Source: Candidatus Saccharimonadota bacterium
Lineage (GTDB): Bacteria > Patescibacteriota > Saccharimonadia > Saccharimonadales > Saccharimonadaceae
Assembly: GCA_017404245.1 (NCBI GenBank)
Contig: JAFRCT010000001.1
Location: forward strand, 7,054-71,053
Direction of reading: 5' to 3'
Length of the DNA: 64,000 nucleotides
Shown in pieces: positions 28,221 through 38,099 of the stretch. Below the pieces are notes generated by a model that saw only the letters and a program-made list of their open reading frames with translations, was not told the DNA's origin and did no database searches. The position numbers were made by a program, and so were the translations under genes. Position 1 is the stretch's first letter, and every line of letters begins with the position of its first letter.

Positions 28221-29279
28221 TTATTTGTCCCAGTCGAAACCTTCGCCAAAATGACCGTAGCGAGCGGTGGCTTCGTAAATGGGGCGACGGAGATTGAGAA
28301 AGTTGATAATTCCCTTTGGTGTGAGGTCGTAACCCGTGATTTGCTCGGACTTTCCGTCAATGATGACGGTTTTTTCGAGAGGTTCGGCGACACCAATGGC
28401 GTATGCTAGACGCACATAAACTTCATGAGCGTGATTTTTTTTGAGATAGTCGACGGCGATACGGCGCGCCATGTAAGCTGCTGAACGGTCGACTTTGGTG
28501 GCGTCTTTTCCAGAGAAGCAACCACCGCCAATGGGGATGCGTGGGCCGTAGTTGTCGACAATGAGCTTACGTCCAGTTAGGCCAGTGTCAGCCTCGAAAC
28601 CGCCTTGAGTCCAATCGCCTGCGGGATTGACATAGGCAAGAATGGAGTTTTTATCGGCGGTGAGTGCGGCGAATTTTGCTTTGTCGTTGAGATGTTCTTT
28701 GGAGATGATGGTAACACTTCTGCCTTTTTCGAGCAGATTTTCTTTTTGTAACCATTCTGGAATGAGCTGCGATAATTTTTCGGAAGGAGTATTTTGGAAG
28801 GAAGCAACGATTGAAGAAAGTTTGCCGTCAGGGTTTAAGGTTACTTGAGTTTTGCCGTCGAAGGGATATTCGGCGTAGATGAACTTGTTTAGACGGCGAG
28901 AAAGGACAACTTCTAGCGGAAGCAGCTCTGGGGTTTCGTCGCAAGCATAGCCTATCATAATGCCTTGGTCGCCAGCGCCGCCTACGTCTACGCCTTGGGC
29001 GATTTCTGGGGATTGTTTGACAAGTTTTTGGTGAACTTTGGTGTTTTCGCCGGCTAGACGGTGAACGATTTTCTCGATGTTGACGTTTTTGGCGTTGCTG
29101 GTGATTTCTCCAGTAACAAAGACGACGCCGTGCCCTCCACAAGTTTCGGCAGCGACGCGTGAGGTTGGGTCTTCTGCTAGATAGGCGTCGAGTATGGCGT
29201 CGGAGATTTGGTCGCAGAGTTTGTCTGGGTGTTTAGGCGAAACGCTTTCGGCGGTTCGATAGAATGTGTGAGTATGCAT
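28221..29279 (-). CDS. metK: S-adenosylmethionine synthetase
   Basis: ESVSPKHPDKLCDQISD, GAGDQG, GLTGRK and SGKDATKVDRSAAY motifs. Confidence 0.97.
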   Translation of the reverse strand: MHTHTFYRTAESVSPKHPDKLCDQISDAILDAYLAEDPTSRVAAETCGGHGVVFVTGEITSNAKNVNIEKIVHRLAGENTKVHQKLVKQSPEIAQGVDVGGAGDQGIMIGYACDETPELLPLEVVLSRRLNKFIYAEYPFDGKTQVTLNPDGKLSSIVASFQNTPSEKLSQLIPEWLQKENLLEKGRSVTIISKEHLNDKAKFAALTADKNSILAYVNPAGDWTQGGFEADTGLTGRKLIVDNYGPRIPIGGGCFSGKDATKVDRSAAYMARRIAVDYLKKNHAHEVYVRLAYAIGVAEPLEKTVIIDGKSEQITGYDLTPKGIINFLNLRRPIYEATARYGHFGEGFDWDK

Positions 29280-29298
29280 AATATGGTTATTATAACAA

Positions 29299-30111
29299 TT
29301 ATTTGTATGTTAGACCAGCGACGAGACAGTCGAGCGGACGCTGGGGATTAAAAAGTGAGAAAATGGCAATTTTGGCGGCAACTTCACCAGACCATAAGGA
29401 GATGGGTGAGTAAAGAGTTTTGTCAAGAGAAACGGAAATAATTTGGCCATTATGCGCGCAAAGGACTTGACCATCGTGAAAGGTGAGGATGGCGACAGGA
29501 TAAGAAAGAGTAAACTTATGTAAAGTTTCGACCACTGGCAAAAGAGGTTGGGACAAAAGGAGCATTTTGGGGTAATAGAGGGCGCGAAAGAGTTTTTGAA
29601 GCTGGACTAGCGAGCCAACGATAAAGAGTTGTGATTTTTGAAAAACGGTTTCAGCGTCGGCGGAAATGAGGTCTAGGGTGTCGCGAGTGAGCAGAAGCGG
29701 AGTGGTGCAATTTTTGATAAAGTCGACTACCGAAACGGCGGTTTCAGAGTTCTTAGAAAAATCGCCCAATAACAGAGAAAAATGACCAGTTTTTTCGGAA
29801 GTTTGACCCGCGCTCAAAAAAACGCTAGATTTAGCGAAAGAACCGCTTTCGGTGGACTCAAAAAAGGTAAAATTGGGGAGGTTGGGGAGGTTGGGTTTGA
29901 CTGAATCGGGAAAGAGATTTTGCACTTTTGAGAGAAACGGAAAATGCTTGGTGAGATATTCGGCAACCTTGATTTCGGTGGCAAAACTGGATTTATTGCC
30001 ACCAACAACTAGGAGGTTGCCGTATTTTTGTTCGGGGAAGTTCCAAGATAAATCGGTGGCAAGATGAAGGTTCTCGCCGTTTTTTTGGAAATAATTTGGA
30101 TTAGTTGGCAT
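29299..30111 (-). CDS. Divergent YjeF-C/NAD(P)HX dehydratase-like (ribokinase fold) protein
   Basis: KYGNLLVVGGN motif and overall length; catalytic motifs look degenerate. Confidence 0.55.
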   Translation of the reverse strand: MPTNPNYFQKNGENLHLATDLSWNFPEQKYGNLLVVGGNKSSFATEIKVAEYLTKHFPFLSKVQNLFPDSVKPNLPNLPNFTFFESTESGSFAKSSVFLSAGQTSEKTGHFSLLLGDFSKNSETAVSVVDFIKNCTTPLLLTRDTLDLISADAETVFQKSQLFIVGSLVQLQKLFRALYYPKMLLLSQPLLPVVETLHKFTLSYPVAILTFHDGQVLCAHNGQIISVSLDKTLYSPISLWSGEVAAKIAIFSLFNPQRPLDCLVAGLTYK

Positions 30112-30958
30112 TTGCACCTTTCTTTGTGGTTAGGTTGATGACGACAGAAACAGGACAATGGTCGGAGCCTTGGATGGTTTCGTGGATTTCGGCGGACTGG
30201 AGATTTTTTTGCAAGGCTTTACTGGCGAAAAAGTAGTCGATGCGCCAGCCAACGTTGTTTTCTCGGGCATGACCCCAATGCGACCACCATGTGTAGCGCT
30301 TTGCATTTGGGCATTTGAGGCGAAAAGTGTCAAGAAAGCCTGCCCTGATTAAGCTTGTGAGGCCTTCGCGTTCCTCGGCGGTAAAGCCAGCGTTTTTATA
30401 ATTAGTTTTGGGTCTGGCTAGGTCGATTTCTGTGTGGGCGCAGTTAAAATCACCACAGGCAACGACGGGTTTTTCTTTTTCTAGAGTTTTTAGGAGGTTT
30501 TTGAATTCGGGGTCCCAAGAGTCGTGGCGGAGAGCTAGCCGAGAGAGGTTGGGTTTGCTGTTGGGGGTGTAGACGTTGACGAGATAAAACATACCAAGGT
30601 CTAATATTAGGATGCGGCCTTCTGTGCTGGCTAGCTTTACAAAATCGTTCTTTTTTGCTTGGGGAAAACCCGTTGAGTTTTCTTTAATAAGCTCAAAAGA
30701 TGATTCTAGGCCGTAGCGAACAAGGATTGCGGTACCACTATAACCAGGTCTTTCAGCAGGGCGCCAAAAGATTTGGTAGTCTTTAAGAGCGTCCATTTCG
30801 AAGAGGTTGAGTTGGCTAGGTTTGCATTTGATTTCTTGCAAACAGAGAATGTCGGGGTTTTGGTCTTTTAGAAATTGTTGGAGGGCGCCTTTTCTGATGA
30901 CGGCACGTAGGCCGTTGACGTTCCATGAATATATGGTGAGTTTGTTAGAATCTACCAC
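30101..30958 (-). CDS. xth: Exodeoxyribonuclease III (AP endonuclease)
   Basis: SWNVNGLRA, LCLQEIK, GDFNCAH, GWRIDYF and GSDHCP motifs. Start is approximate (GTG). Confidence 0.95.
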   Translation of the reverse strand: MVDSNKLTIYSWNVNGLRAVIRKGALQQFLKDQNPDILCLQEIKCKPSQLNLFEMDALKDYQIFWRPAERPGYSGTAILVRYGLESSFELIKENSTGFPQAKKNDFVKLASTEGRILILDLGMFYLVNVYTPNSKPNLSRLALRHDSWDPEFKNLLKTLEKEKPVVACGDFNCAHTEIDLARPKTNYKNAGFTAEEREGLTSLIRAGFLDTFRLKCPNAKRYTWWSHWGHARENNVGWRIDYFFASKALQKNLQSAEIHETIQGSDHCPVSVVINLTTKKGANAN

Positions 30959-31358
30959 GGGTGATGTCTCGTTGTTTAATGGTTTCGCGTTTGTCGTACT
31001 TTTTCTTGCCTTTGCCAAGAGCAATGACGAGCTTGATGTGTCTGCCACCTGCCAGTAATTTGGTGGGGACAATTGTAAAACCTGCTAATTTTTGTTTGGC
31101 TAGAGCAGAAATTTGCTTTTTGGTGGCAAGAAGGCGGACGTTTGGGGCAGTTTCGGCGCCTAGGGTTAGGTTGTTTAGCCAAAGCGAGCCGTCCTTTAGT
31201 GTAACAAAAGAGCCTTTTAGCTGAACGTGATGGTCGCGAATTAGGCGAACTTGGGGGCCAGTAAGTGACATGCCACAAGTAAGCTCGTCTCCAAGTTGGT
31301 AGTCGAAATGAGCTCGACGGTTGACGGTTACGGTTGGCGGATTTTTTGGGCGCTTCAT
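30945..31358 (-). CDS. smpB: SsrA-binding protein
   Basis: NRRAHFDY and LGKGKKKYDKRETIK motifs. Confidence 0.93.
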   Translation of the reverse strand: MKRPKNPPTVTVNRRAHFDYQLGDELTCGMSLTGPQVRLIRDHHVQLKGSFVTLKDGSLWLNNLTLGAETAPNVRLLATKKQISALAKQKLAGFTIVPTKLLAGGRHIKLVIALGKGKKKYDKRETIKQRDITRGRF

Positions 31359-31376
31359 GAGGTGATTATAGCGGAT

Positions 31377-32177
31377 TTAGAGCGAAACGCCAACTGCTGG
31401 TTCGCTGGGGCATGTAGATAAAACGGTTTCGATGGCAGTTTTTTCGGCTTGAGTTACCCAAAGATGGTATTTGTATTTTACGGAAACTTGCCTTGCGACA
31501 TAGGCACAGCGAAAGGTTTTGTTGGGCGGAAGCCAAGTGGCGGCGTCGCCGTCGGACTTAGCAACATTGGTTTTGGCGTCAACTGCTAAGAGGTTGAGCG
31601 GGTCGGTGGCCAAAGCGTAGCGTTCGTCTTTGGTGAGTTTTTGGGCGCCTTTTTGCCAAGCGTCGGAGAGAGCTACAATGTGGTCGATTTGAACGCTAGA
31701 GGTGAAGTCGGACTTTTGGTAGAAAATGAGGTGCGAGCCAGTGTATGGCTCGGTGTATTCGCCAGAGACAACAGTGCAGTTGTCTGCTGAGGAAACGACG
31801 GCAGTTTCGCCGACCTCACGACGGATGATACGCTGGCGAAGTGAGCAACCGTCTATGGTGGGCCAAGAATTGTAAAACTCGGTGCGTGCATAGCCAGTTT
31901 TGCTAGCGCGCCCTTTTACGGGCAGTTCGGCCAAGACGGCCAGTGCGGTTGGGGCGGAGGCGGACTCGCCAAGGGGTTCTAGGTGGGAGGTCTCGGCGGA
32001 GGAAGAATGAGCCTCTTCGGCCTTAGGAGTGTCGTCTAATGGTTGGAGTTTTATGTTGTATGAAGACGGGTTGGCTACGGCGATGCCGACGAGGGCGGCA
32101 ACGGTTAAAGTGGCAGCAAGAGCACGACGGGTTTGATGGGTGGGGGTGCGACGTTTGGATTTTTGAGTTTTTACCAT
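31377..32177 (-). CDS. Membrane-anchored HNH endonuclease (DUF1524-like)
   Basis: N-terminal hydrophobic anchor; QIDHIVALSDAW, DPLNLLAVD..TN..KSDGD and WLPPN..FRCAYV. Confidence 0.85.
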   Translation of the reverse strand: MVKTQKSKRRTPTHQTRRALAATLTVAALVGIAVANPSSYNIKLQPLDDTPKAEEAHSSSAETSHLEPLGESASAPTALAVLAELPVKGRASKTGYARTEFYNSWPTIDGCSLRQRIIRREVGETAVVSSADNCTVVSGEYTEPYTGSHLIFYQKSDFTSSVQIDHIVALSDAWQKGAQKLTKDERYALATDPLNLLAVDAKTNVAKSDGDAATWLPPNKTFRCAYVARQVSVKYKYHLWVTQAEKTAIETVLSTCPSEPAVGVSL

Positions 32178-32196
32178 ATGTATTTTTATTTTACAA

Positions 32197-32218
32197 CAAA
32201 AATCCCCCTTGCGGGGGA
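32197..32218 (-). terminator. Intrinsic terminator of rplA
   Basis: TCCCCC-TTGC-GGGGGA hairpin with a T-tract on the minus strand. Confidence 0.7.
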
Positions 32219-32237
32219 AATTGCTTGCGGTTTTTGA

Positions 32238-33167
32238 TTAGCCGTAGATGTTTTCTACTGCGATGGAAGGACCCATTGTGGTAGATAAATAAACTGACTT
32301 GACGTAATTGCCTTTGAGCGATGCGGGCTTTTGGGCCTTGAGAGAGTCGAAGAAAACGTCGGCGTTTGCCTGGAGTTTTGCTTCGCCAAACGAAACCTTG
32401 CCAAGCCCGATGTGAACGATGGACTGTTTGTCGACGCGGTATTCGACTTTGCCAGCCTTGGCTTCTTTGACGGCCTTTTCGATGTCCATGGTGACGGTGC
32501 CAGCCTTGGGATTAGGCATGAGACCTTTGGGGCCAAGCATACGGGCGTATTTGCCAAGTTTTGGCATGTATTGAGGAGTGGAAATGAGAACGTCAAAAGC
32601 GATTTCGCCTTTGTCGAGACGCTTTAAGAATTCGACGTCTTCGGCGATATCGGCACCAGCTTCTTTAGCTTTTTTGGCGGCGTCGAGTGGGGCAAAAACA
32701 GCAACACGGACAGTTTTGCCATTGCCATGTGGCAGGACGACGGTAGTACGGATGTTTTGATCGGCTTGGCGAGGGTCGACGCCAAGGCGGACATGAGCCT
32801 CGATGGTGGCGTCAAATTTGACTGGGCTGGTGGCAACTGCAAGTTTGATGGCCTCGGCCAAGTTGTAAACCTTGCCTTTCTCGACTTTTTCGGCAACTTT
32901 GCGATAGTTTTTGCCACGGCGCTCAATTAGTGGGCGAGTAACAGGTTTTTCGCCTTTGGGTTTGGTTTCGGCCTCAGCTTCTTCTTTTTTGCGCTCTTCT
33001 TTTCTGGCTTGGCGCTCTTCTTCGGCCTTGACTTCTTCGAGGTGTTTTTTGGATTTTTTGCCCGATTTGGCAAATTTTTCGGTTTTTGCAGGCTCGGCTT
33101 GCTCGGCCGTAACAGCCTCTTGAGCTTCTAGGATAGTTTTGTCTTTAAGTTCGGCTTCTTTAGCCAT
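32238..33167 (-). CDS. rplA: 50S ribosomal protein L1 with a charged N-terminal extension of about 80 aa
   Basis: [29 protein letters not shown] and STTMGPS motifs. Confidence 0.97.
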   Translation of the reverse strand: MAKEAELKDKTILEAQEAVTAEQAEPAKTEKFAKSGKKSKKHLEEVKAEEERQARKEERKKEEAEAETKPKGEKPVTRPLIERRGKNYRKVAEKVEKGKVYNLAEAIKLAVATSPVKFDATIEAHVRLGVDPRQADQNIRTTVVLPHGNGKTVRVAVFAPLDAAKKAKEAGADIAEDVEFLKRLDKGEIAFDVLISTPQYMPKLGKYARMLGPKGLMPNPKAGTVTMDIEKAVKEAKAGKVEYRVDKQSIVHIGLGKVSFGEAKLQANADVFFDSLKAQKPASLKGNYVKSVYLSTTMGPSIAVENIYG

Positions 33168-33180
33168 TTAATTCCTTTCT

Positions 33181-33213
33181 GTGGTGATAGCGAGCATAGG
33201 TTGCTCTCCCAAC
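33181..33213 (-). promoter_or_regulatory. L1 autoregulatory mRNA leader
   Basis: GTTGGGAG-AGCA-ACCTA-TGCT-CGCTATCACCAC immediately before the SD. It resembles the GTGGGAG-hairpin-CGCTA..ACCAC L1-binding element found before rplA in Firmicutes. Confidence 0.75.
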
Positions 33214-33259
33214 TTGAATATATTATCTTTTAATTGTAGCACATTTTTCCAAAAAAGTA

Positions 33260-33282
33260 AATCCCCCGGCAAGCGAGGGATT
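33260..33282 (-). terminator. Terminator-like hairpin downstream of the cdsA-like gene
   Basis: AATCCC...GGGATT imperfect stem followed by a T-rich tract on the minus strand. Confidence 0.6.
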
Positions 33283-33289
33283 AGTGTGT

Positions 33290-34024
33290 TTAGCTAAACA
33301 CAAACACGAGCAGAATGTTGGCAGTGATGGACATTACGAGTGAGTCGGTGCGGTCAAAATAGCCTCCGTGTCCTTGGCGCCCTCCGAGCATTGCCTCGAA
33401 GTATTTTAGGACAGGGGCATTTTTGATGTAATCGTTGGAGTCTTTAACCCCGTAAATTCGCTTGAAGCGACTTTCTACGTAATCTCCGAGAATCGCAAAA
33501 GGGACGGTTAGAATAAGCCCCCATATCTCACGCACATCTGAAGTTTTGAGCTTGAAGTTAGCCCACAGTAAAGCAGTGATGATTCCTCCGACGAAGCCAG
33601 AAATGAGCCCTTCCCAAGACTTGCTGGGCGAGGTTTTGGGGAATGGTTGCGCCTTGAAGATGCTTTGGCCGATGAAAGTACCTACGAGGTAGGCAATGAT
33701 GTCGGTTGCGACGCAAACGAGCAAAATGCCAACGAGGAAATCTAGGCTAAACGCCTTAGTCTTGACGTTTGCATGAAGACCGATGATGCAAGCGATTAGC
33801 TCGAAGAACACAATTATTGTGATGAGAAGCTCGCTATACCTTATGGGGGTAAAGACGGAACTTATGTAAACCGAGATTGCCTCGAGAATGGCGAAGACCA
33901 TAGCGATTTCGAGTGCGAGGCCGAAGAGTCGCCCGTTATCTAGGAGATAGGCGGGGATTAGGATGGCGGCGATATAGAGGGCAGCGCTCGTACGGATGAA
34001 CAAGCTTTTGAGCTTGTTAGTCAT
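33290..34024 (-). CDS. cdsA: Phosphatidate cytidylyltransferase (CdsA family)
   Basis: Multi-TM; TDIIAYLVG, SPSKSWEG, GDYVESRFKR..GVKDS and GHGGYFDRTDS motifs. Confidence 0.88.
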   Translation of the reverse strand: MTNKLKSLFIRTSAALYIAAILIPAYLLDNGRLFGLALEIAMVFAILEAISVYISSVFTPIRYSELLITIIVFFELIACIIGLHANVKTKAFSLDFLVGILLVCVATDIIAYLVGTFIGQSIFKAQPFPKTSPSKSWEGLISGFVGGIITALLWANFKLKTSDVREIWGLILTVPFAILGDYVESRFKRIYGVKDSNDYIKNAPVLKYFEAMLGGRQGHGGYFDRTDSLVMSITANILLVFVFS

Positions 34025-34110
34025 GTTTAACACCTTCTTTCTGCTCTGTTAAGTTGCTAGGCAAGGAGCCTAATTTTTATATTATAACAGAAAATTTGTG
34101 CCGCGGCAAC

Positions 34111-34133
34111 AAAAAAGCCCCCTTGGGGGGCTT
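34111..34133 (-). terminator. Intrinsic terminator of rplK
   Basis: AAGCCCCC-TTG-GGGGGCTT hairpin with a T6 tail on the minus strand. Confidence 0.8.
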
Positions 34134-34142
34134 AGTTTGTGA

Positions 34143-34571
34143 CTAGTCGACGACTTCGACGCCCATTGAGCGGGCAGTGCCAGCGACGACTTTGACGGCG
34201 CCGTTTAGGTCGATAGCGTTCATTTGCTTCATTTTTTTGTTGGCAATTTCTTCGAGCTGAGCGCGAGTGATTTTACCAACTTTTTCGGTGTTGGGGCGAC
34301 CAGAACCTTTTTCTAGTTTGATAGCCTCGCGAATGAGGTCGTCCACAGGTTGGCCTAGACATACCCAATCGAACGTGCGGTCTTCGTAGACTTTGATGTG
34401 AACAATGACATTTTTGCCCATGAATTCTTTGGTGGCTTCGTTGAAGGGGTTGATAAACTCCATCATGTTGAGGCCCCATTGACCAAGAGTGGAACCCACT
34501 GGAGGCCCTGCGGTGGCGCGACCACCAGGGACACGGAGCTTGAGATTGCCGATGACTTTTTTGTTTGCCAT
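34143..34571 (-). CDS. rplK: 50S ribosomal protein L11
   Basis: ATAGPPVGSTLGQ, VYEDRTF and GTARSMGV motifs. Confidence 0.97.
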   Translation of the reverse strand: MANKKVIGNLKLRVPGGRATAGPPVGSTLGQWGLNMMEFINPFNEATKEFMGKNVIVHIKVYEDRTFDWVCLGQPVDDLIREAIKLEKGSGRPNTEKVGKITRAQLEEIANKKMKQMNAIDLNGAVKVVAGTARSMGVEVVD

Positions 34572-34706
34572 GTGATTGTCCTTAGAACTGGGAGATATAC
34601 TTCCCTACCCAGTCTTTAATTAAGCTTTTGAATTGAAAAGGGTGATTTTAATTCAAAATTGATTATTAATATTTAGCTAGTGCGTAACTATATTATTATA
34701 CCAAAT

Positions 34707-35255
34707 CTATTGGATTTTTGCAACTTGGAGAGCATCAAGCTCAACTGGAGTTTCGCGACCAAACATAGAAACCATAACTTTGAGCTTGCCTTTAACGGGG
34801 TCAATTTCTGAAATGGTACCTTCAAAACTTTTGAATGGACCGTCAGTTACAGAAACAACCTCGCCGATTTCGTAGTTGACGGAATACTTGGGGTCTTCTA
34901 CGCCCATGCGTTTTTTGATTTTGGTAATTTCTTTTTCGGAAACAGGCGTGGGCTGGGTACCTGTGCCAATAAAACCTGTTACGCCTGGGGTATTACGAAT
35001 AATATACCAAGTTTCGTCGGAAAGTTTCATTTCGACAAGGACGTAGCCTTGAAAAATTTTTTTGTCGACGACTTTGCGCTTGCCGTTTTTGATTTCGATT
35101 TGTTTTTCTTTGGGGACAATTGCGTCAAAGATTTTGTCGGCAAAGTCGATGGAATTGACACGCTGGCGGATGCTGTCAGCAACTTTGTCTTCGTAGCCAC
35201 CGTAGGTGGAAATTGCGTACCAAGCGCGAGTGTCATCATATCTGTTTACTGCCAT
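34707..35255 (-). CDS. nusG: Transcription elongation factor NusG
   Basis: [20 protein letters not shown] and KOW domain GPFKSFEG...[10 protein letters not shown]. Confidence 0.98.
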   Translation of the reverse strand: MAVNRYDDTRAWYAISTYGGYEDKVADSIRQRVNSIDFADKIFDAIVPKEKQIEIKNGKRKVVDKKIFQGYVLVEMKLSDETWYIIRNTPGVTGFIGTGTQPTPVSEKEITKIKKRMGVEDPKYSVNYEIGEVVSVTDGPFKSFEGTISEIDPVKGKLKVMVSMFGRETPVELDALQVAKIQ

Positions 35256-35269
35256 GTTCTCTCCTTATA

Positions 35270-35605
35270 TTATTTTAAGATTAAGCTAAAGATAAAATCG
35301 AACAAAATGTCGAAGACTACTAGCAGAGCGCCAAAGAGGACGGTATAAACTAGTACAGCTAAAACCATCTTCCATGTGAGTTTGCGGCTGGGCCAGCGGA
35401 CCTGACGAAGTTCGCGCCAAGAGTCACGTAGATAGCGGCCAAAAGCTACAAATGGACGAAAAAGTATAAATGGTTTTTTGGTTGCTTTGTCCTTTGGCTT
35501 GCGGACTTTAGCAGGCTTTTCTTTTGGTGCGGTTTTTTTCGCTTCTCCGTCTTTGGGGCTTTTTTCTGGGGCTTCCTTGGCCTTGATTCTGGTGATGTTC
35601 GCCAT
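35270..35605 (-). CDS. secE: Preprotein translocase SecE
   Basis: ELRQVRWPSR followed by a TM segment; upstream of nusG. Confidence 0.92.
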   Translation of the reverse strand: MANITRIKAKEAPEKSPKDGEAKKTAPKEKPAKVRKPKDKATKKPFILFRPFVAFGRYLRDSWRELRQVRWPSRKLTWKMVLAVLVYTVLFGALLVVFDILFDFIFSLILK

Positions 35606-35660
35606 ATCTTTCCTTTCTAACAAAAATAGTCTGTTACCAGACTGTCAATAGTATTTTACA

Positions 35661-36479
35661 TTATATGGCGGAAGATTTCAAGAGTTTTGCGTGAATTACT
35701 AGTTTTTGTTCGTCGTCGTAGCAGGTTGATAAAGTAAGAATTTGGTCGGAGCTTTCGGGTTTTACCGCAAAATCGTGAGCCGAGCGGGCAGAAATGAGTT
35801 CGAGAAAGTTTGAGTAGGCTTTTTCGTCTGCAAAATTGGTTTGAAGGTAGTCGGAGGTTGTGGGAACGATATAGACGGAGAACACGGCCCAGACGCTGGA
35901 CGAGTTTTCGGTGACAGTGCGAATTAGATGAGATTCGGGTGAGTTAATCCAGGCGGATGAGAGCAGGTTTTTAAGTGTGCCAAACATGGTTTTGTCGGTG
36001 CGACCATGAGCATAGATGATGTTGTTTTGGCTCGACAGAGTTTTAGAGTTGCGGTAGTCTAAGAAAACCCAGCCAGCGTTGTTGTAGGAACGGTCAAAGG
36101 AATGGTAGAGATAATAGCGGTTGTCGGCAGTTTGAACAAACGGGTAGTTGACATTGGTGCCAAGTACTTGGAGCCAGCCAACGGTGTCGGAGTTTTCTGC
36201 GATGAGCGCGGGCAGATTGACGGAAAGGAGTGGAGTGTTGAGATAGCGCCAATACAAGGAAACTTCTGGCGTAGACTCCGCTTCGGGTTCGGCTTCTATG
36301 ACATTCTCTGGGGTTGGGTCTGGGATTTCTTCGACTTCGGCGGTTTGCTCTAGAGCGGAGATTTGAGTGTTGGTGCGGGCGGTTTCTAGGTGATAAGAAA
36401 TTATTTTGAACCCAGCAAAGAGAAGCGTGGCTAGTGAAATTATAAATATAAAACTCGAAATGAGCTTTTTGGTTTTCAT
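35661..36479 (-). CDS. srtB: Class B sortase
   Basis: N-terminal TM; NSDTVGWL, NYPFVQ..DN.YYL, IYAHG...MFG and LTLSTC motifs. Confidence 0.9.
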   Translation of the reverse strand: MKTKKLISSFIFIISLATLLFAGFKIISYHLETARTNTQISALEQTAEVEEIPDPTPENVIEAEPEAESTPEVSLYWRYLNTPLLSVNLPALIAENSDTVGWLQVLGTNVNYPFVQTADNRYYLYHSFDRSYNNAGWVFLDYRNSKTLSSQNNIIYAHGRTDKTMFGTLKNLLSSAWINSPESHLIRTVTENSSSVWAVFSVYIVPTTSDYLQTNFADEKAYSNFLELISARSAHDFAVKPESSDQILTLSTCYDDEQKLVIHAKLLKSSAI

Positions 36480-36530
36480 GATGACAATTTTGCGGTCTAT
36501 ATTGGTGTTTAAGTGGGCCAATTTAGACAA

Positions 36531-36615
36531 TGGTGCTGGAAGTAGGACTCGAACCTACGAAGGCCGAAGCCGAGAGATTTACAGTCTCTTGTCATTGCCA
36601 CTAGACGATTCCAGC
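36531..36615 (-). tRNA. tRNA-Tyr(GTA)
   Basis: GCTGGAA/TTCCAGC acceptor stem, AGAGA-CTGTAAA-TCTCT anticodon arm, long variable arm, GTTCGA T-loop, encoded CCA. Confidence 0.95.
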
Positions 36616-36661
36616 AATGTTTATATGTTAGCAGAATCTGCGGGGATTTTCAAGGACAAGT

Positions 36662-37408
36662 TTAGCTGATATTCTTGCCTCTTTTGGGCCGAACAAGACG
36701 AGATGGGCGACGCATGGCGGGCTGGACGGAGCGTGAGCTAATTTTGCTGGGTCTTCGGATGCTTCGGCGTACTTTGGGTTTTTTCTTTTCGAGGGCGGCT
36801 AGTTGGTTGTTGATGCGAAGCATAGTTTCCTCGACGCCCTCTTTGTCACCAGCGGCTTCATATAGGGCCAAGATTTGGCGGAGAGTAGTGGTGCTGGCTT
36901 CAAGCTCGTAGGCAGATTCGAGGGCTTCGATGGCTTCTTTGCGATGACCAAGTTTTTCTTTGGCTTTGGCTAGGGCAATGAAACGCGCGGGGATACCACC
37001 CTCCAGCGAAAGAGCTTGTTCAAAAGCCATAGCGGCTTTTTCGTACGAGCCAGTCTCTAGGTAAATTAGGCCTGCGTTATGAAGCGAGGAGGGGTTGTTG
37101 TCGAGTGATTGAGCAATTTCGAAACATTCTATAGCTTCATCGTATTTTTGTTCTTTGGCGTAGAGTATGCCTAAACGGTTGTAGGCGGCGGCATTTTTTT
37201 CGTCGAACTTTAAGATAGTGAGGAGGGCTTTTTCGGCACGAAGGGGCTTGCGTTCTTTCATGGAGTCTTGGGCAATGGTCCAAAGTTTTTTCATTTGGGC
37301 GTTGTAGCGAGGAGATTTTTCGGTTTTGGCTTCACGTTTTTTGAGGATGAGCGGATAGGCAAAAACTAGAAAGACGGTAAATAGAAAAATTAGCGTGATG
37401 CCAAGCAT
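36662..37408 (-). CDS. Membrane-anchored tetratricopeptide-repeat protein
   Basis: N-terminal TM; AYNRLGILYAKEQKYDEAIECFEIA and further TPRs; basic tail. Confidence 0.88.
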   Translation of the reverse strand: MLGITLIFLFTVFLVFAYPLILKKREAKTEKSPRYNAQMKKLWTIAQDSMKERKPLRAEKALLTILKFDEKNAAAYNRLGILYAKEQKYDEAIECFEIAQSLDNNPSSLHNAGLIYLETGSYEKAAMAFEQALSLEGGIPARFIALAKAKEKLGHRKEAIEALESAYELEASTTTLRQILALYEAAGDKEGVEETMLRINNQLAALEKKKPKVRRSIRRPSKISSRSVQPAMRRPSRLVRPKRGKNIS

Positions 37409-37415
37409 AGGTTTA

Positions 37416-38099
37416 TTATAGCATATCCGCGACAAAATGAAGTTTGATGTGCCCATTTGCTAAGAGATTATCGTATAGTTTGAGCAAATTTGGCAAACGG
37501 CGAAGATACTTGTCTTGGTTTGTGGCGAAATATGATTTGTAGAGTATTTCGATTGCGGCGCCAACGACTTCTAACGCAAGACCACGCGGATTATCTTTGG
37601 TTTTGGCAATTTGATTGGCTAGTTCTATGAGTTTGGTCTGGTCTGCCACAATTAAGTCCTTGGCAAGTTTGCTAACTTTTGTCGAGACAGAGAGTGGAGT
37701 GCTGAGGGTGTTTTTCTGTAAAAGATAATAGACGTGTGCGCGAGAGAGAATGGTGGGTAGCAACGCAGAGGGGGTTTTAGTAATAAAAACAAAATGATGA
37801 TTGAGGCCAGGCTCTTCTAGTGTTTTGAGAAGGGCGTTTGCGGCCTGAGGGTTGAGCAGTTCGGCTTGGGTTATGGCAAAAATACGTTCTGTGGACTCGG
37901 CGCTATTTGTGCTCCCCAAAAATTCACGGACAGCCTCGACGGAGATTTTGTTAGTTTTGAGGTCGGGGGATAAAAGGGTAATTTGGTTTTGGTAGGTTTT
38001 TCTTAAGAGTGGAAGAATTAAATCTGGACTAACGGCCAAGACTACAAAGCCAGAGCTTTTAACTTTTTTGACTAAGTCTGTTAATGATTCTACGAACAT
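37416..38099 (-). CDS. holB: DNA polymerase III delta-prime-like subunit (N-terminally short)
   Basis: AANALLKTLEEP and LLPTILSR motifs. Confidence 0.8.
   Translation of the reverse strand: MFVESLTDLVKKVKSSGFVVLAVSPDLILPLLRKTYQNQITLLSPDLKTNKISVEAVREFLGSTNSAESTERIFAITQAELLNPQAANALLKTLEEPGLNHHFVFITKTPSALLPTILSRAHVYYLLQKNTLSTPLSVSTKVSKLAKDLIVADQTKLIELANQIAKTKDNPRGLALEVVGAAIEILYKSYFATNQDKYLRRLPNLLKLYDNLLANGHIKLHFVADML

Noticed and set aside
37416-38099. holB as a pseudogene
   Set aside because: The ORF is intact and coupled to the RluA gene by TAATG. A short delta-prime is plausible in a reduced genome.
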